Of a DNA stretch of 64,000 nt, positions 41,601 to 56,127 are shown piece by piece. The stretch lies in the NCBI RefSeq assembly GCF_009914755.1, contig NC_060941.1; one strand, written 5' to 3'. The stretch comes from the human T2T-CHM13v2.0 reference genome, Homo sapiens. Numbering within the stretch: the stretch's first letter is position 1; every line of letters starts with the position of its first letter. A program made the translations under genes and the position numbers. Below the pieces are notes generated by a model. The model had not been told where the DNA came from and made no database searches. It worked only from the letters and a program-made list of their open reading frames with translations.

Positions 41601-43460
41601 GAAGAATCAATATTGTTAAAATGTTCATACTACCCAAAGCAATCTACTTATTCAACACAATCGCTATCAAAATACCAATGACATTCTTCACAGAATAAAA
41701 AACAAACAAACTAATATTTATATGGAACCACAAAAGGCCCAGAGTAGACAAAGCCATTCTTAGCAAAAAGAACAAAACTGAAGGAATCACATCATCGGAC
41801 TTCAAATTATACTACAGAGTTGTAATAACCAAAACAGCATGGTACTGGCATAAAACCAGACACATAGACCAGTGGAACAGAATAGAGAATGCAGAAATAA
41901 ATCCATACATCTACAGTAAACTCATTTTCAACAAAGGACCAGGAATATACATTGGGGAAAGTCTCTTCAATAAACAGTGCTAAGAAAACTGGATATCCAT
42001 ATGCAGAAGAATGAACCTAGACTCCTATCTGTCACTGTTTACAAATATCAAATCCAAATGGATTAAAGACTTACTTATAAGTCCTCAACCTAGGAAACTA
42101 CTACAAGAAAACATTGGGGAAACTTCCCAGGGTATTGGTCTGGGTAAAGATTTCTCTACCCCACAAGCAGAGGTGACTAAAGCTAAAATGGACAAATGAA
42201 ATTACATCAAATTAAAAAGCTTCTGCACAACAAAGCAAACAATCAAGTAAAGAGACAACTCATAGAGTAGGAGAAAATATTTGCAAACTATCCATCTAAC
42301 AAGTGATTAATAATCAGACTATATAAAGAGCTCAAACAACTTAATAGGAAAAAATCTAATAATCCAATTCAAAATGGGCAAAATATCTGAATAGATAGTT
42401 CCCAAAAGAAGACATACAAATGACAAACAGGCATATGAAAAAGGGCTCAATATCATTGATCACCAGAGAAATGCAAATCAAAACTACAATGAGACATCAT
42501 CTCACCCCAGTTAGAATGGCTTTTATCCAAAAGACAGGCAATAACAAATGCTGGCAAGGATGTGGAGAAAAGGGAATCATCGTACTCTGTTGGTGGGAAT
42601 GTAAATTAGTACAGCCACTATAGACAACGTTTTCAAGTTCCACAAAAATCTAAAAATAGAGCTACCATATGATCCAGCAATCCCACTACTAGGTATATAC
42701 CCCAAAGAAAGGAAATCAATATGTCAAGGAAATATCTGCACTCTCGTGTTTATTGATGCACCATTCACGAGAGCCGAGATTTGGAAGCAACCTAAGTGTC
42801 CATCAACAGATGATTGGGTAAAGAAAATGTGGTACATACACACAATGGAGTACTATTCAGCCATAAAAAGAATGAGATCCTGTCATGTGCAACAACATGG
42901 ATGGAATGGAGATCATTATATTAAGTGAAATAAGCTAGGCACAGAAAGACAAACTTCATACGTTTTCATTCGTTTGTGAGAGTTGAAAATTAAAACAATT
43001 GATTTTATGGAGATAGTAGAAGGATGGTTACCAGAGGCTGAGAAGGGTAGTGGGGTGGTGGGGAAGGGGGGATGGTTAATGGGTACAATAATACTGTTAG
43101 TAGAATGAGATCTAGTATTTGATAGCACATTCTTCACAGATTATATTACATGTGAATATAATTATATTATATTACTGTGACGTTCTTCACAGATTTTATT
43201 ACATGTACAATATATTAATATGACTATACAGACTATATTAATATTGCAATATATTGTTGACTATAGTCAACATATATTAAAACAGCTAAAATAGTATATA
43301 ACTGGAATGTTTGTAACACAAAGAAATGATTAATGCTTGAGGTGATGAATACCCCATTTATCCGATGTTATTATGTACCGTATGCCTGTATCAAAATATC
43401 TCATGTACCCCCATAAATCTATACACCTACTATATACCCTTTAAAATTAAAAGTTAAAAG
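36970..43460 (+). mobile_element. Near full-length L1MA-type LINE, internally deleted, inserted into a MIR
   Basis: 5'UTR gagcaagatggcc, ORF1 and ORF2 remnants (39247, 39529, 40496, 41276, 42011), 3'UTR; TSD atagaag(a/g)ttta at 36958-36969 and 43461-43472. Confidence 0.88.
38648..38686. repeat. (CA)n microsatellite inside the L1 5'UTR
   Basis: Directly visible. Confidence 0.95.
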
Positions 43461-43906
43461 ATAGAAGGTTTAAGTAAAATAATGTTAAATATCTTATCTG
43501 AGTCACTCAGTAAATTACAGTTAGAATATGCTGCTATTCAAAATAAAGATAATAAAATGAAGAGGATGGATGGGAGGAGAAGAACAAGAAAGAAGGGGAA
43601 GATCTAGAAGGAGTGGAAGCAAGTAGCCGACTTAAGAATATATTAACACCCTGGGAAGATGAGAGATGATGAAGGTGTAAAATACAAGTGTGTCAGTTGA
43701 AAAGATTCCCTTAATACATACCTCCATTAATAAAACCTGTGTTGCAGATATATATTTTTTAGTCATATTTATCTAAACTTTTGTTGTTATATTCTCAATA
43801 TCTAAAATCTCCAGATCAATATCTCTTACATATACATACTAACTAGGTAGACACAAATACGTGTACATGTTTGTACAAACACCTGTGTATAATAATACAA
43901 ATTCTT

Positions 43907-44186
43907 GGCCGGGCGCGGTGGCTCACGCCTATAATCCCAGCACTTTGGGAGGCCGAGGCGGGCGGATCACGAGGTCAGGAGATCGAGACCATCCTGGCCA
44001 ACACGGTGAAACCCCGACTCTACCAAAAACACAAAAAAACTTAGCTGGGCGTGGTGGCGGGCCCATGTAGTCCCAGCTACTCGGGAGGCTGAGGCAGGAG
44101 AATGGAGTGAACCCAGGAGGCGGAGCTTGCAGTGAGCCGAGATGATCGATACTCCGTCTCAAAAACAAAACAAAACAAAAAATAAC
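43907..44186 (+). mobile_element. AluY-like SINE with internal 3' deletion and 16-bp TSD
   Basis: aataatacaaattctt at 43891-43906 and 44187-44202; lacks the gccactgcactccagcctggg segment. Confidence 0.93.
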
Positions 44187-44279
44187 AATAATACAAATTC
44201 TTCTTGTGTGTTGTAATGTTTTGCTTCAAGCATCAAGCCTTACACTAGATCTACTCCCAGCCTTCTTAAGTGACCTTAC

Positions 44280-44370
44280 CTTAAGTGATATCCAATCCCC
44301 CATTTCTTCTTTAGAAACAAAGAAGAGCCCGCGCACTTTAGCTTCCCTTGGGAGAGAAATACTTTCCTGT
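44280..44370 (-). CDS. ABCA8: ABCA8 exon: [29 protein letters not shown]
   Basis: 91 nt, CAG acceptor, AG|GTAAGG donor; [15 protein letters not shown] motif. Confidence 0.94.
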
Positions 44371-44965
44371 CTGAAAAAGAAGAAGAGCAAAGAAGAAAGT
44401 TTGTTAAAAAGTGGCCCATCCATTTCCAAGAAAAGACAGGTAATCATCTATATAATCAAACTTTAATTCAGGAGCTTCTAAGGTTTTAAATGCAGGACTC
44501 GATAAGGACTCAATGAAATAGACACATTTTAATCTCGTTTACGTGAATTTTGCAATCCATCCCATCAGGGAGGTTAAATTTTGTGGATATATGTTCTAAT
44601 ATAGAAAATTATCCCATTATATATTTTAACAGATGAAACATTAAAATCATTTGAATATTTCAAGTGGATTTCCCTCAATTCTGAGTAAAAGGATTGATCT
44701 CTTAGAAACTCAACTTCACTTATTTTGCAATAAGCGAGTTTCCTGGCAGATCATGCTTCTATGTGACCAAATTATACAAAATTCTGCAAGATACACTGAA
44801 ATGGTTGCAAGAGGCTTTGCGTCCAGTTCAAATTACCACCAGCCATTCAATTTACCAGATACAGCTAGATTACCGAATTACAAAATATAACTGTTCAGAG
44901 ACCAATCCATATTTTTAGATCTCTTAAAGTCCTCCTCAGGATACTTAACAGAAACCAGTGATTAC

Positions 44966-45104
44966 CCGCCAGGATGTCGGCCTCATCCATGAACTGGGTA
45001 CTGAAGAGGATCACGCGGTCTGTTTTGCGTTCTTTCAGAAGGTTCCATACTTGGTGTCTTGAAAAGGGATCCAATCCAGCAGTTGGTTCATCCAACAGGA
45101 AAAT
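44966..45104 (-). CDS. ABCA8: ABCA8 exon, NBD1 Walker B/D-loop/switch: [46 protein letters not shown]
   Basis: 139 nt, TAG acceptor, G|GTAAT donor. Confidence 0.95.
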
Positions 45105-45345
45105 CTATAAACGAGGAAAGTATATAAGGCGGTTTTCCTCAAAGGTGAAGTTCTTCCAGAAAACAACGCAAAAACCATATTGATTATATTTAACAGAGTA
45201 TTACGGTTAGGATTTAGATACTCTATTTAATGTTCTATTATGAATATTTTATAACACATGTCCTTTGCGAATAAAATATTTGAACTATTACCAAAAGTTC
45301 CATTTTTTAAACTTTGAATTCACCTGCAAATTCAATGTGACTCAC

Positions 45346-45465
45346 CTGAGGATCTCCTAAAATGGCAATCCCAAAGGTTAGCTTTCTTTTCTGTCCACCA
45401 CTTAAGTTTTGAGCAAGAACATCCTGAATATTTTTCATTTCCAATTCCAGCAGAACCCTTTGTAT
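45346..45465 (-). CDS. ABCA8: ABCA8 exon, NBD1 signature: [40 protein letters not shown]
   Basis: 120 nt, phase 0-0, TAG acceptor, CAG|GTGAGT donor, LSGGQ motif; not in the supplied ORF track. Confidence 0.93.
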
Positions 45466-45570
45466 CTAACCAAAAGACAGTATTTATGTCATACACCAAA
45501 ATTTATTCCTTTTTTAAAAATTTATAAATACAAGGCTGTAAAGTGTAAATGGTTAAAAGCACAAACACTG

Positions 45571-45871
<301 letters not shown>

Positions 45872-46219
45872 AAAGAACAAACACTGGAGCCAAACTTTCC
45901 GGGTTTGAATGTCACACACATTGACTACTAAGTTGGTCAAGTTCCTTGCTCTCTTGAACCACATGTATAAAATAGGGATAATAATAGCACCTATCTCATA
46001 GGGTTGCTATGAGGAATAAATGATTTATTAGATTTAAAGTTAAGGATATGCTTGGCGCATTGTAAATTATATGCAATGTTAGCTATTGTTTAAATTGGAT
46101 TTTCTTGTCCAACAATTGTACAATGATTTGCGCACAAATAATTTAAAATTAAAACTCAGTGCAAATGGTTTTAATAATCTCATTTTGACCAACACATTAA
46201 CTTTAACATATTTTTGTAC

Positions 46220-46395
46220 CTCTTTATCCACTTCTTGTGGCAGAATCCCTTTTATTTTAGCAAAGAGTCTGAGGTTTTCTCTTACAGTGAGGAAGTCAAA
46301 TTGCACATTGGATTGTGGACAAACTCCGGTCAGCTTGCTGAGATTTTCTAGGTCAGCCATTTCTGAAAGCTTATTGTTATAGATGGTGACTGAAC
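46220..46395 (-). CDS. ABCA8: ABCA8 exon, NBD1 Q-loop: [41 protein letters not shown]...EVDKE
   Basis: 176 nt, CAG acceptor, GAG|GTAC donor; G.CPQ motif. Confidence 0.95.
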
Positions 46396-46544
46396 CTGTA
46401 ACAAAGGAAAAGTTAATATCAAGATAAGGCTTAAGATATTTCTTAATAAAATCGCTGTTAATTAAATGTACGTATGACTTTATCTTGACAGTTTATACAA
46501 TTCAGGCATTAGAAACTTCTACTTTAGTTGCATAGTATATTCAA

Positions 46545-46902
46545 AATATGTTCTCATCTGCAGCTTTTCCCATCAAGGTGTAGTCCCTTTGTCTGCCCCT
46601 CACATTTAGCTTTGCCTATATACCCTGTAGTATCCTAGCAAATGTGATACAAGCAGAGTCTGATGAAGAGCTTCCACCTAGTGATTTGTCTTTGCTTGCT
46701 GCTGGGATCATGGGGATCATTGGGTGAAGAATCCCAGCAGGCCTTCTGAAAGATATATTTCCATGTGGGAAAAGACACGCAGCTGTCCTAACTGAAGCCC
46801 CAGATATGTGAGTGAGGCCATGTTAAATCATCCAGCCCCTGTCACTTTGGTCCAGAATAGAAAAACTGCCCAGTCAACCCACAGAATCATGAGGAGCAAT
46901 AA
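46545..46902 (+). mobile_element. MLT1-type MaLR LTR fragment
   Basis: cagatatgtgagtgaggcca...actgcccagtcaacccacagaatcatgag. Confidence 0.6.
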
Positions 46903-47346
46903 GACATGAAATCAATTTAAATGCCTATCAAAGACAGACTAGATAAAGAAAATGGGGGTACATACACTCCGTGGAATATTATGCAGCTATAAAAAAGAAT
47001 GAGATCATATCTTTTGTGGGAACATGGGTGGAGCTAGAGGCTATCATCTTTAGTAAACTAATGCAGGAACAGAAAATGAAATACCATATGTTCTCACTTA
47101 TAAGAGGGAGCTAAATGATAAGAACTTATGAACACAAAAAGGCAAATCACAGACACTGGGGTCTACTTGATGGGGGAGGGTTGCAGGAGGGAGAGGAGCA
47201 GAAAAGATAACTATTGGGTACTGGGCTTAATACCTGGGTCATGTAATAATATAGGCAACAAACCCCCATGACGTGTTTATCTATGTAACAAAGCTTTACA
47301 TGCACCCCCAAACCTAAAATAAAAATTTTAAAAAATAAAAAAATAA
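46903..47346 (+). mobile_element. Older L1PA (about L1PA13-16) 3' end
   Basis: gttctcacttataag...aactattgggtactgggcttaatacctggg...cctaaaataaaa. Confidence 0.8.
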
Positions 47347-47613
47347 ATACCTTATTGCTTAACAAAAAAAAAAAGAGTTGACAGATAGAAGCTGGAATGC
47401 CAAATAGCAACTAATGAGCATGAAAATAGTTATTATGAAATACTCAGATTCCATATGCAGTATACCAATTAAATATTACATACTTCCACAGAATATTACT
47501 ATTAAATAAAATTCCATTTTTCCCTAGGTATGTGTGTTTGTGATTAACACTTGAAAGAATTTCATATTAACAGCTGATTTATTTGTCAATTGACTTTGAA
47601 AATAAACTAGTTT

Positions 47614-48280
47614 TTACCACAGGTGCTGGAGAGGATGTGGAGAAATAGGAACACTTTTACACTGTTGGTGGGACTGTAAACTAGTTCAACCATTGTGGAA
47701 GTCAGTGTGGCGATTCCTCAGGGATCTAGAACTAGAAATACCATTTGACCCAGCCATCCCATTACTGGGTATATACCCAAAGGACTATAAATCATGCTGC
47801 TATAAAGACACATGCACACGTATGTTTATTGTGGCACTATTCACAATAGCAAAGACTTGGAACCAAGCCAAATGTCCCTCAATGATAGACTGGATTAAGA
47901 AAATGTGGCACATATACACCATGGAATACTATGCAGCCATAAAAAATGATGAGTTCGTGTCCTTTGTAGGGACATGGATGAAGCTGGAAACCATCATTTT
48001 CAGCAAACTATCGCAAGGACAAAAAACCAAACGCCGCATGTTCTCACTCATAGGTGGGAATTGAACAATGAGAACACTTGGACACAGGAAGGGGAACATC
48101 ACACACCAGGGCCTGTTGTGGGGTGGGGGGAGTGGGGAGGGATAGCATTAGGAGATATATCTAATGTTAAATGACGCGTTAATGGGTGCAGCACACCAAC
48201 ATGGCACATGTATACATATGTAACTAACCTGCACGTTGTGCACATGTACCCTAAAACTTAAAGTATAATTTAAAAAAAAA
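47614..48280 (+). mobile_element. Young 5'-truncated L1PA (about L1PA3-5) with 16-bp TSD
   Basis: ORF 47693..48064 is the L1 ORF2p C-terminus; TSD gaaaa(t/c)aaactagttt at 47598-47613 and 48281-48296. Confidence 0.93.
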
Positions 48281-48300
48281 GAAAACAAACTAGTTTGTAC

Positions 48301-48411
48301 CTTTGGTGGGAACAGACAACCCACTAAGAATGTTTAGCAGTGTTGACTTTCCAGCTCCACTGTGACCAAGTATTGCAGTGATTTGGCCTTCGTAAATGTC
48401 AAATACCAGAT
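48301..48411 (-). CDS. ABCA8: ABCA8 exon, NBD1 Walker A: [36 protein letters not shown]
   Basis: 111 nt, TAG acceptor, AAG|GTACAA donor, GxxGxGKS motif. Confidence 0.95.
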
Positions 48412-49133
48412 CTAGGAAGAAAAAAAGAAAGGAAAGAAAGATAAGATAAAGGGATGGAAAACAATTAAAACCACAAAAAATATTCCATTATGGAGCCAAT
48501 GAATTGTTATTAATTCTCTTGAATGGTTGTCTTTTCTATATATAAATATAGTGGGTTGTTAAATTCAAAATAAAACATTAAAAGTTCCCTCTATAAACTT
48601 ATTTCTCAAAATAGCTTCTTTTGAAATTTTGAAATTACTTAGTTTAAATGAATGAAACATATCTATATAATAGGTTGATTGACATTGCCTGCATATGGTA
48701 GGTCAATGTTAGTATTTATTAAATGGAAGAATAGATTAATAGTAAGTTATTATATGGCTAAAACTCCTTTGAGGTAAGTGACATTTTCACACAAAAGAAA
48801 AACATACAGTATCTACCAATAGCTTTTGGATTACAGACAAAAAACTTGAGTTTGTAGAAAAAAAAACCCAGAATATCCTTAGACTACCTCAATATTACCC
48901 AGTATAGATTCTAAATACATCTATTTCTAAAACATATTCATTTTTTTCTAACTTTTATAAAGTAGAAGCAATACATTAGAAAAAAAAGTCTTATGCAGCT
49001 CAAATAACTCTTTTCAAGTCTAAAATACCACCACTAATTAATCACCGAAAGCAAAACTGAATTAAAATCAGGAAATCAATACTAATATAACAAATATTTT
49101 CTTTCTCTCTCTCTTTTTTTTTTTTTTTTTTAC

Positions 49134-49192
49134 CTTTCAAGGCTTCTATTTTATCAGGCTTTCCTTTATATTCTTTTGTAACATTTCTGATT
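49134..49192 (-). CDS. ABCA8: ABCA8 exon, start of NBD1: IRNVTKEYKGKPDKIEALK
   Basis: 59 nt, CAG acceptor, AAG|GTAAAA donor; phases fit both neighbours. Confidence 0.92.
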
Positions 49193-50066
49193 CTGAAAAA
49201 AAGAAAAGATACTTCAAAGTGACAATTTTCTTCAGTTTGTAATTTCCAGTTTGGTAGACAGGATTGGATAAATCTTAACTTCAGGATACATGAAGATCTG
49301 GGTCTTCACTCTCACACAGTCATAGCTGTGTGACAGAATCAGCTAGAATACCGCTTGCCAACCCTGTCTGCACATTGGCGTCATGTGAGGAGTTACATGT
49401 GAGGAGTTATAAGAATTTCACTGTGATTGGGACCCATAAGCAAAGGTTCCATAGATTGGGGTATAAGCTAATATTAGTATTGAGAACGGGATCACCTCTG
49501 AACTGCAAAGCTAAGAAAGCAAGGCCAAGAGATGACATGGACATTCGATACCCAAAGGCTCCTGTGAACCACTGGCACAGGTTGGAAAGATCTTTGGCCA
49601 TCCTGATTCAAGGTCTCCCAAGGTTCATTAAGAACTACAGTAAGAAAGACAATCAATGTATCATAATAGCAAGAGCATGGGGTTCACAGTACTGCCCATC
49701 TAAGCTTATCCCATTACAACCACTTAGTGCTCTGTTACCTTAACCAACGTACTTATTCCAGATCAGCTTCAGGTTTCACAACCTGAAAATTTTTGCAGGG
49801 CTTTAGGGCTGTGTTGGAAGGCAAGTAAAATATTTCATCTCGCATGTACAGTGCATATAAGATGATATTGGTTACATGGTGATGATGGCTACAGAAAGGA
49901 ATGAAATTAACTTATGCTTAGTACTATTATAGGTCTGGAATTCTAGGCGATAAATCTGCATGGTTTTATTCTACCAGGTAAGTATATAATCCATAGGCCA
50001 AATCAAATTTATGTTTCTTATTTTATCATCTACTATTCATAAAATATTCAGTCTCTATTCATATAA

Positions 50067-50392
<326 letters not shown>

Positions 50393-50971
50393 AAAACTGT
50401 CTCGTTAAATATTCTTATTTTAAATTCCATTTTACTCTCATTCCACAGCACTTATAATTGGGCAAGGTGTTAAAGCGATCAAAGAGGAACAAAAAGAAAC
50501 ACACAAGCACCTCAAATAAAGCCACTGTTTTGCTCTGAGCTGCTCTGCTAGAGTAAACCTAGCTTAGTTGTGGGACAAATAAAAATATGGAAGATAAATA
50601 TGGAACAGGTTAAAAGAACAAAATGAAATGGGCTCCTTAGAAGTTCAGCAACCTGGGATAATCTGAGACATTTCACAGGGGACTGACACAGGCTGGTCAT
50701 TGATGATGAGTATGACTTGGACAGCCAAGGATCTTAAGGACTTTCTTCCTATTTTCTCATATCTAGAAATAAAAGTCACCAGCACCAAACAAAATGGACA
50801 TTTTGTTGTCACACAGAATGAGATAGGCTTAACTCTGCAGGGCACCTCTCCCTGAATTCCCTTTGTATCTACCTCTAGGCCTTTTCTTTGTCCTTCTTTC
50901 TTACTCTTTCATCTTCTTTTAAAGGACAAAAAATAGAAGAAAAATAAGAAGTTTAAAAAGTGGAGAGAAAA

Positions 50972-51360
<389 letters not shown>

Positions 51361-51595
51361 TTATCTTAGCTGGTAAAATTTAAGCTTTTATTTAGTGTAA
51401 ATGTCGACAATGTTAGGCTGTAAGGGGTTGGTAAAGGGATCTTTCTTTGAACTTGAGATGGAAAGTGACAGAAGCAGCATAGGTGAGGACAGGTGGGAAC
51501 TGTCTACAGAGCACAAAAGGGAACACTGCTTGCCTCAGGTGCTATCTCTTAGCTTCCTGCCTTTTTGCCCTGTTCTCCACCTGCAGCCTTATTAC

Positions 51596-51764
51596 CTGAT
51601 GGCTTCTTTCCCTTGGAATTCTGGAGGCGCTTGTTCAAAAGAGTCATGAAATGAAGGATCGGCATCCATTTCATCTTCAAGGGCCACGTGATCAGTCTTT
51701 TGTGTTTGAGACCAAAATGAGGACTTCAGGAAAAACAAAGGTGGACGTCGATGTCCATATTCAT
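51596..51764 (-). CDS. ABCA8: ABCA8 exon: [19 protein letters not shown]...[10 protein letters not shown]
   Basis: 169 nt, TAG acceptor, AG|GTAAT donor; within ORF 51592..51783. Confidence 0.94.
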
Positions 51765-53698
51765 CTACATGGCCAGAAGACAATTAAATATTGGGTCAAT
51801 GACCACGTTAGGGAGAGAGAGTCACAGTAATGTAGCACGGCAACACAGCCCTTTGTTGCTAAACCTGAACATGTGGTCAACAGCAGGTAATGCACGTTTT
51901 GACACATGTAGCTTCATAAGGAAAAAAAAATACCAGATGTCTCTACTATAATAAATCCTATCGGAAGCAATGAAACTGTGATTTTTAAATATTTCAAAAG
52001 GAATTTAAATAAATGTTTTAGAATTTCTTAACCTCAAGAAAGACAGATTGAATTGCTAATGTAAGATATGCAGGCATGCTGAATTCTGTCTAGAAGACCA
52101 GGTGTCATTACATAGGCAAAGAAAGAAGAAATTGAGAATGACTTTGGATACCTTTAAAAAAAATCCAAAAGAAGATAGAATAGGATTTAAGAAAAGTAAA
52201 TGACACATTTGTAAGAAAGAAAAAGAACACGATAAAATAATTAATTGAAACTTAACACAAAATGAATACTTTTAAAGCTATTTTGTATTTCTGCTTTATT
52301 TCATTCCCAAACCATAATTTTCCTCTTAAGCAAATTTATGATCTGCTTTAAAGACATATTACTCATAAACATCTTGCTGGAAATGAATCCAGCTGTATTA
52401 GTATTCTATGATCACTTCTGTTTTTCTTCATATTAGGAAACATTATGAAACGGAAGAATCGTACTTCACTAATATTCTGCAACTATCCCCACTGTAAGGT
52501 TATGGGTTTTCAAACTTCTGTGTATTTCTCACATGTTCAGTCCTTCATTCATGCAATAAATGTCTTACACTCTCTGTATACCTGCCACATGGTATGTTGT
52601 TAGCACCTATCTCTCCCTTTTGACAAAAGAAAAATCTAGCAAATAAAAGCATGCCACCATAACTGGATACCTTCTGCCACCAGATTTACCATGAAATAAT
52701 GCTGTCATTTTATCCAGTTAATTTTTCTGTCATTCTTATTTATTATCTTTAGAAGTGTTTTGAACAAAGTCACCTCTGGTCTTAAGTTCAAGCTTAGTGA
52801 GCAGAGACAATTAGGAAGAAAATGGAGCAACTCACTTATTTGGATGAAATAAATTTTCTAGTTATAATAATAAAATACTATGCTTTTGAAACTGGAAAAA
52901 GCATGGATGTGAAAGATATTTTTGTGACATAATGTTAAGTAAAAAATAAAATGCAGCCATGAAAATGTAACAATATGTGATATAACTTGATAAAACATGT
53001 ACAAAGAGAATATTTAAAGTAATATCATTAGAGTATGTTTGAAACAAGGACTAAAAAAAGATGGAATATATCACATAGTGCACACCAAAATAAAATTTAA
53101 ATTGGTTAGAGAAAACAATTACCTAAGAGGATACTAATAAGCAATTGTAAACACAGTGACATCTGTTTGTGGATCCACTGAGAATAAACACATTGGAAAA
53201 ATAAACAAAAATGAAAAATAATACAACCAGGATGTTTTAATAAGTAGAAGGAGAAAAGGAAGAATTAGTAAGCACAAGGGTCACACGAGTAAATTTCCTG
53301 AACTATACACAGCATGCCAGGGATATACAGTATGATAGAAACACAAAAAAAAGTCAGTGAGATTTTGCCATAAAAACAAAAGTAGAACAGAGAAAATATA
53401 TTTAAGTATGTGTCTTAAATAAGCAATGTTAACAAGGGGTAGAAAGCCTTAAAATATTAGTAGGCAAAAAAGTAATTTTTCTAATCAGTTATGTAATTTT
53501 TACCTCTACTGGAAAAAATCAAATGAAAACATACCATATTCAAACAATTCTAATTGTGTAATAAGTGTGCTAGCCAACAATAGTGGATCCTGACATCTTT
53601 TGTTCTGGGTTCTTTTAAAAGGAAGAGACAGTAATTCTTAAAGGATTGTCTTAAAAACAACAAAAACAAAAACAAAACAGGATGAATTTCCTGCCTCA

Positions 53699-54187
<489 letters not shown>

Positions 54188-54808
54188 CTAGGGTGCATGA
54201 GACACTGCAGTGGGTGCTTAAATCTCATCTGTGAACAAAACGAATCCCTGCTTTTGTGTAACTCATATTCTTGTATGTTGCAAGGTGATACAAATGAAAA
54301 TTTATGATATATTGGCTTTCCTATTGTGAACTTCTGGGGAGATTTTTTTTAAACGTAGATGCATTGATTAATTAAATCAGAATCTCTTCAGGTTGAGCTG
54401 GGCTTAGACTTGCTTTAAAATTCTTCACATGATTCTGTTGTCCAGCCGGAGCTCAGAACCATTGAGCTAAACAGTTAGACATAAGCAGCTATAAATGACC
54501 ATGATTACCAGAACTGTTTAGGAACTAGCTTTCTAAGAGGTCTAAAAAAAAAAATACCATATACTTAAAGTGAAGTTCAAATGAAGGTTAGTGATTCTAT
54601 AAACAAAATTCAGGCTTTAGTTCTGACAAGTCAAGTAGTGAGAAAGAAATGAAGAAATAATTTGGCCAGTAGCGACGACTTTGTTCCTCTCTTTGCTGTT
54701 GATACACAAAATAGTTCTTAAAATATAAATAGTATATCCATTAGGAGATTTGTTTTCAGAAATAAAACTATTTAAATGATATATGATTTTAATCATATCA
54801 TTACTCAC

Positions 54809-54956
54809 TTGGCAAAATTTTTTCAAAGTAAATCGCCAATGCCAGATAGAGGCAAGTGTCAAATGCCAACATGAAATTTGTTGCTACAATGAGATTTGAG
54901 CCGTCCGATGGATGAGGAAATGCATTAGAATTCAAATCATAGTCCAAGTGTAAAAG
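54809..54956 (-). CDS. ABCA8: ABCA8 exon: [49 protein letters not shown]
   Basis: 148 nt, CAG acceptor, GTGAGT donor. Confidence 0.93.
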
Positions 54957-55941
54957 CTGAAAATTAAAAAGTAATTAATTAAGGGAAATTAGGTATAAGA
55001 TACATTTTAAACAGTTAGGTTTAGCATAGTAATGAAATGACTACTTATTGCCTCATACTGAGAATAGAGTTATATAGGGAGACTGCCTCCTTTATGGTTC
55101 TCAAATCTATGCCTTGGAAGGCATGGACATATGAGCAACTAGAATGCAATTTAGTAATTGCTATGATAAAAATATGTTCCAAATGAAATTGAAACATTAG
55201 GAGGAAGTAGGGAAGTATGGGAAGAGATGACATTTGAGATCGAACTTAGATGAACTTTTACCAAATAGGACACAGTCAAAAGGTGTGGTGATCCATGTAA
55301 ATTGGCAGCATGAGGGAGAATTTCTGGGCAAAAGGCACTGCTGTGTTTAAGTAGAACCAGAAGTGGGCTTGTCTATGATGTTCAAGTTAATGAGCTCTTT
55401 ATAATTAACAATCCTTTTGTTAAACACTAAATAATGGATATTTAATGGTTGACATTTCCATTTAGTTAGAGGGAAGGCAAGGGGAATTCAATAAGAATCA
55501 CATAAACAGAAAAGACATTTTATGAATAGAAACATAATTTACTAATGAATTTTCCAGATGTTTTAAATTTTTAATTTAATTTGATTTAATGGTTTTTAAT
55601 CACGTATTCTCTTCAATTACTAGGTAAAAACATGAACTGGAATAGTTATTTATAATTAGATTTGCCACATGTCCATATTTAATTAATAGCCTAAGAAAAT
55701 ACTTTATATTGCCTTTAAATAATTGTATGTTGATCCTCTTTTTTTCACTTTCCAAATGTCTTATTTTGCTGGGCTAAATAATTTCCAAGCTTTTAAAAGT
55801 TCTGTCTTTGCAACTTTACAACAGCCTTCGCTAGAATTTTAAGCCTTACAATGCTGAGTTTGTAAATAATTACAGCCTATGGATTCCAGAGGGACAGATG
55901 TTTCAGAAATGCCATTAATAGACATTCAGATGGCATCTCAC

Positions 55942-56127
55942 CTGGGCCATTCCAAGCATGAAGGCAAAGGGACTAAGCAAGCTTAAAATCCACTCCAAGG
56001 ATGCAGGAAGGTGTCTGTACAGTGATGTGAACCCCAGACACCCCCAAAAGACAGTGAGGAGGAACACGACCAGGCCGGTGAGGAAAGATTTCTTTACCAA
56101 GATGCTCATTAAGAAAGCCAAAGCTAC
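55942..56127 (-). CDS. ABCA8: ABCA8 exon, TMD1: [18 protein letters not shown]...[12 protein letters not shown]
   Basis: 186 nt, TAG acceptor, CAG|GTGAG donor; overlaps ORF 55915..56121. Confidence 0.94.

Noticed and set aside
36970-43460. Active LINE-1
   Set aside because: ORFs are broken by stops and frameshifts and there is a large internal deletion.
44265-44288. Second duplicated donor (tcacttaag repeated 15 nt apart)
   Set aside because: The downstream copy is followed by AA rather than GT, so it makes no alternative donor.
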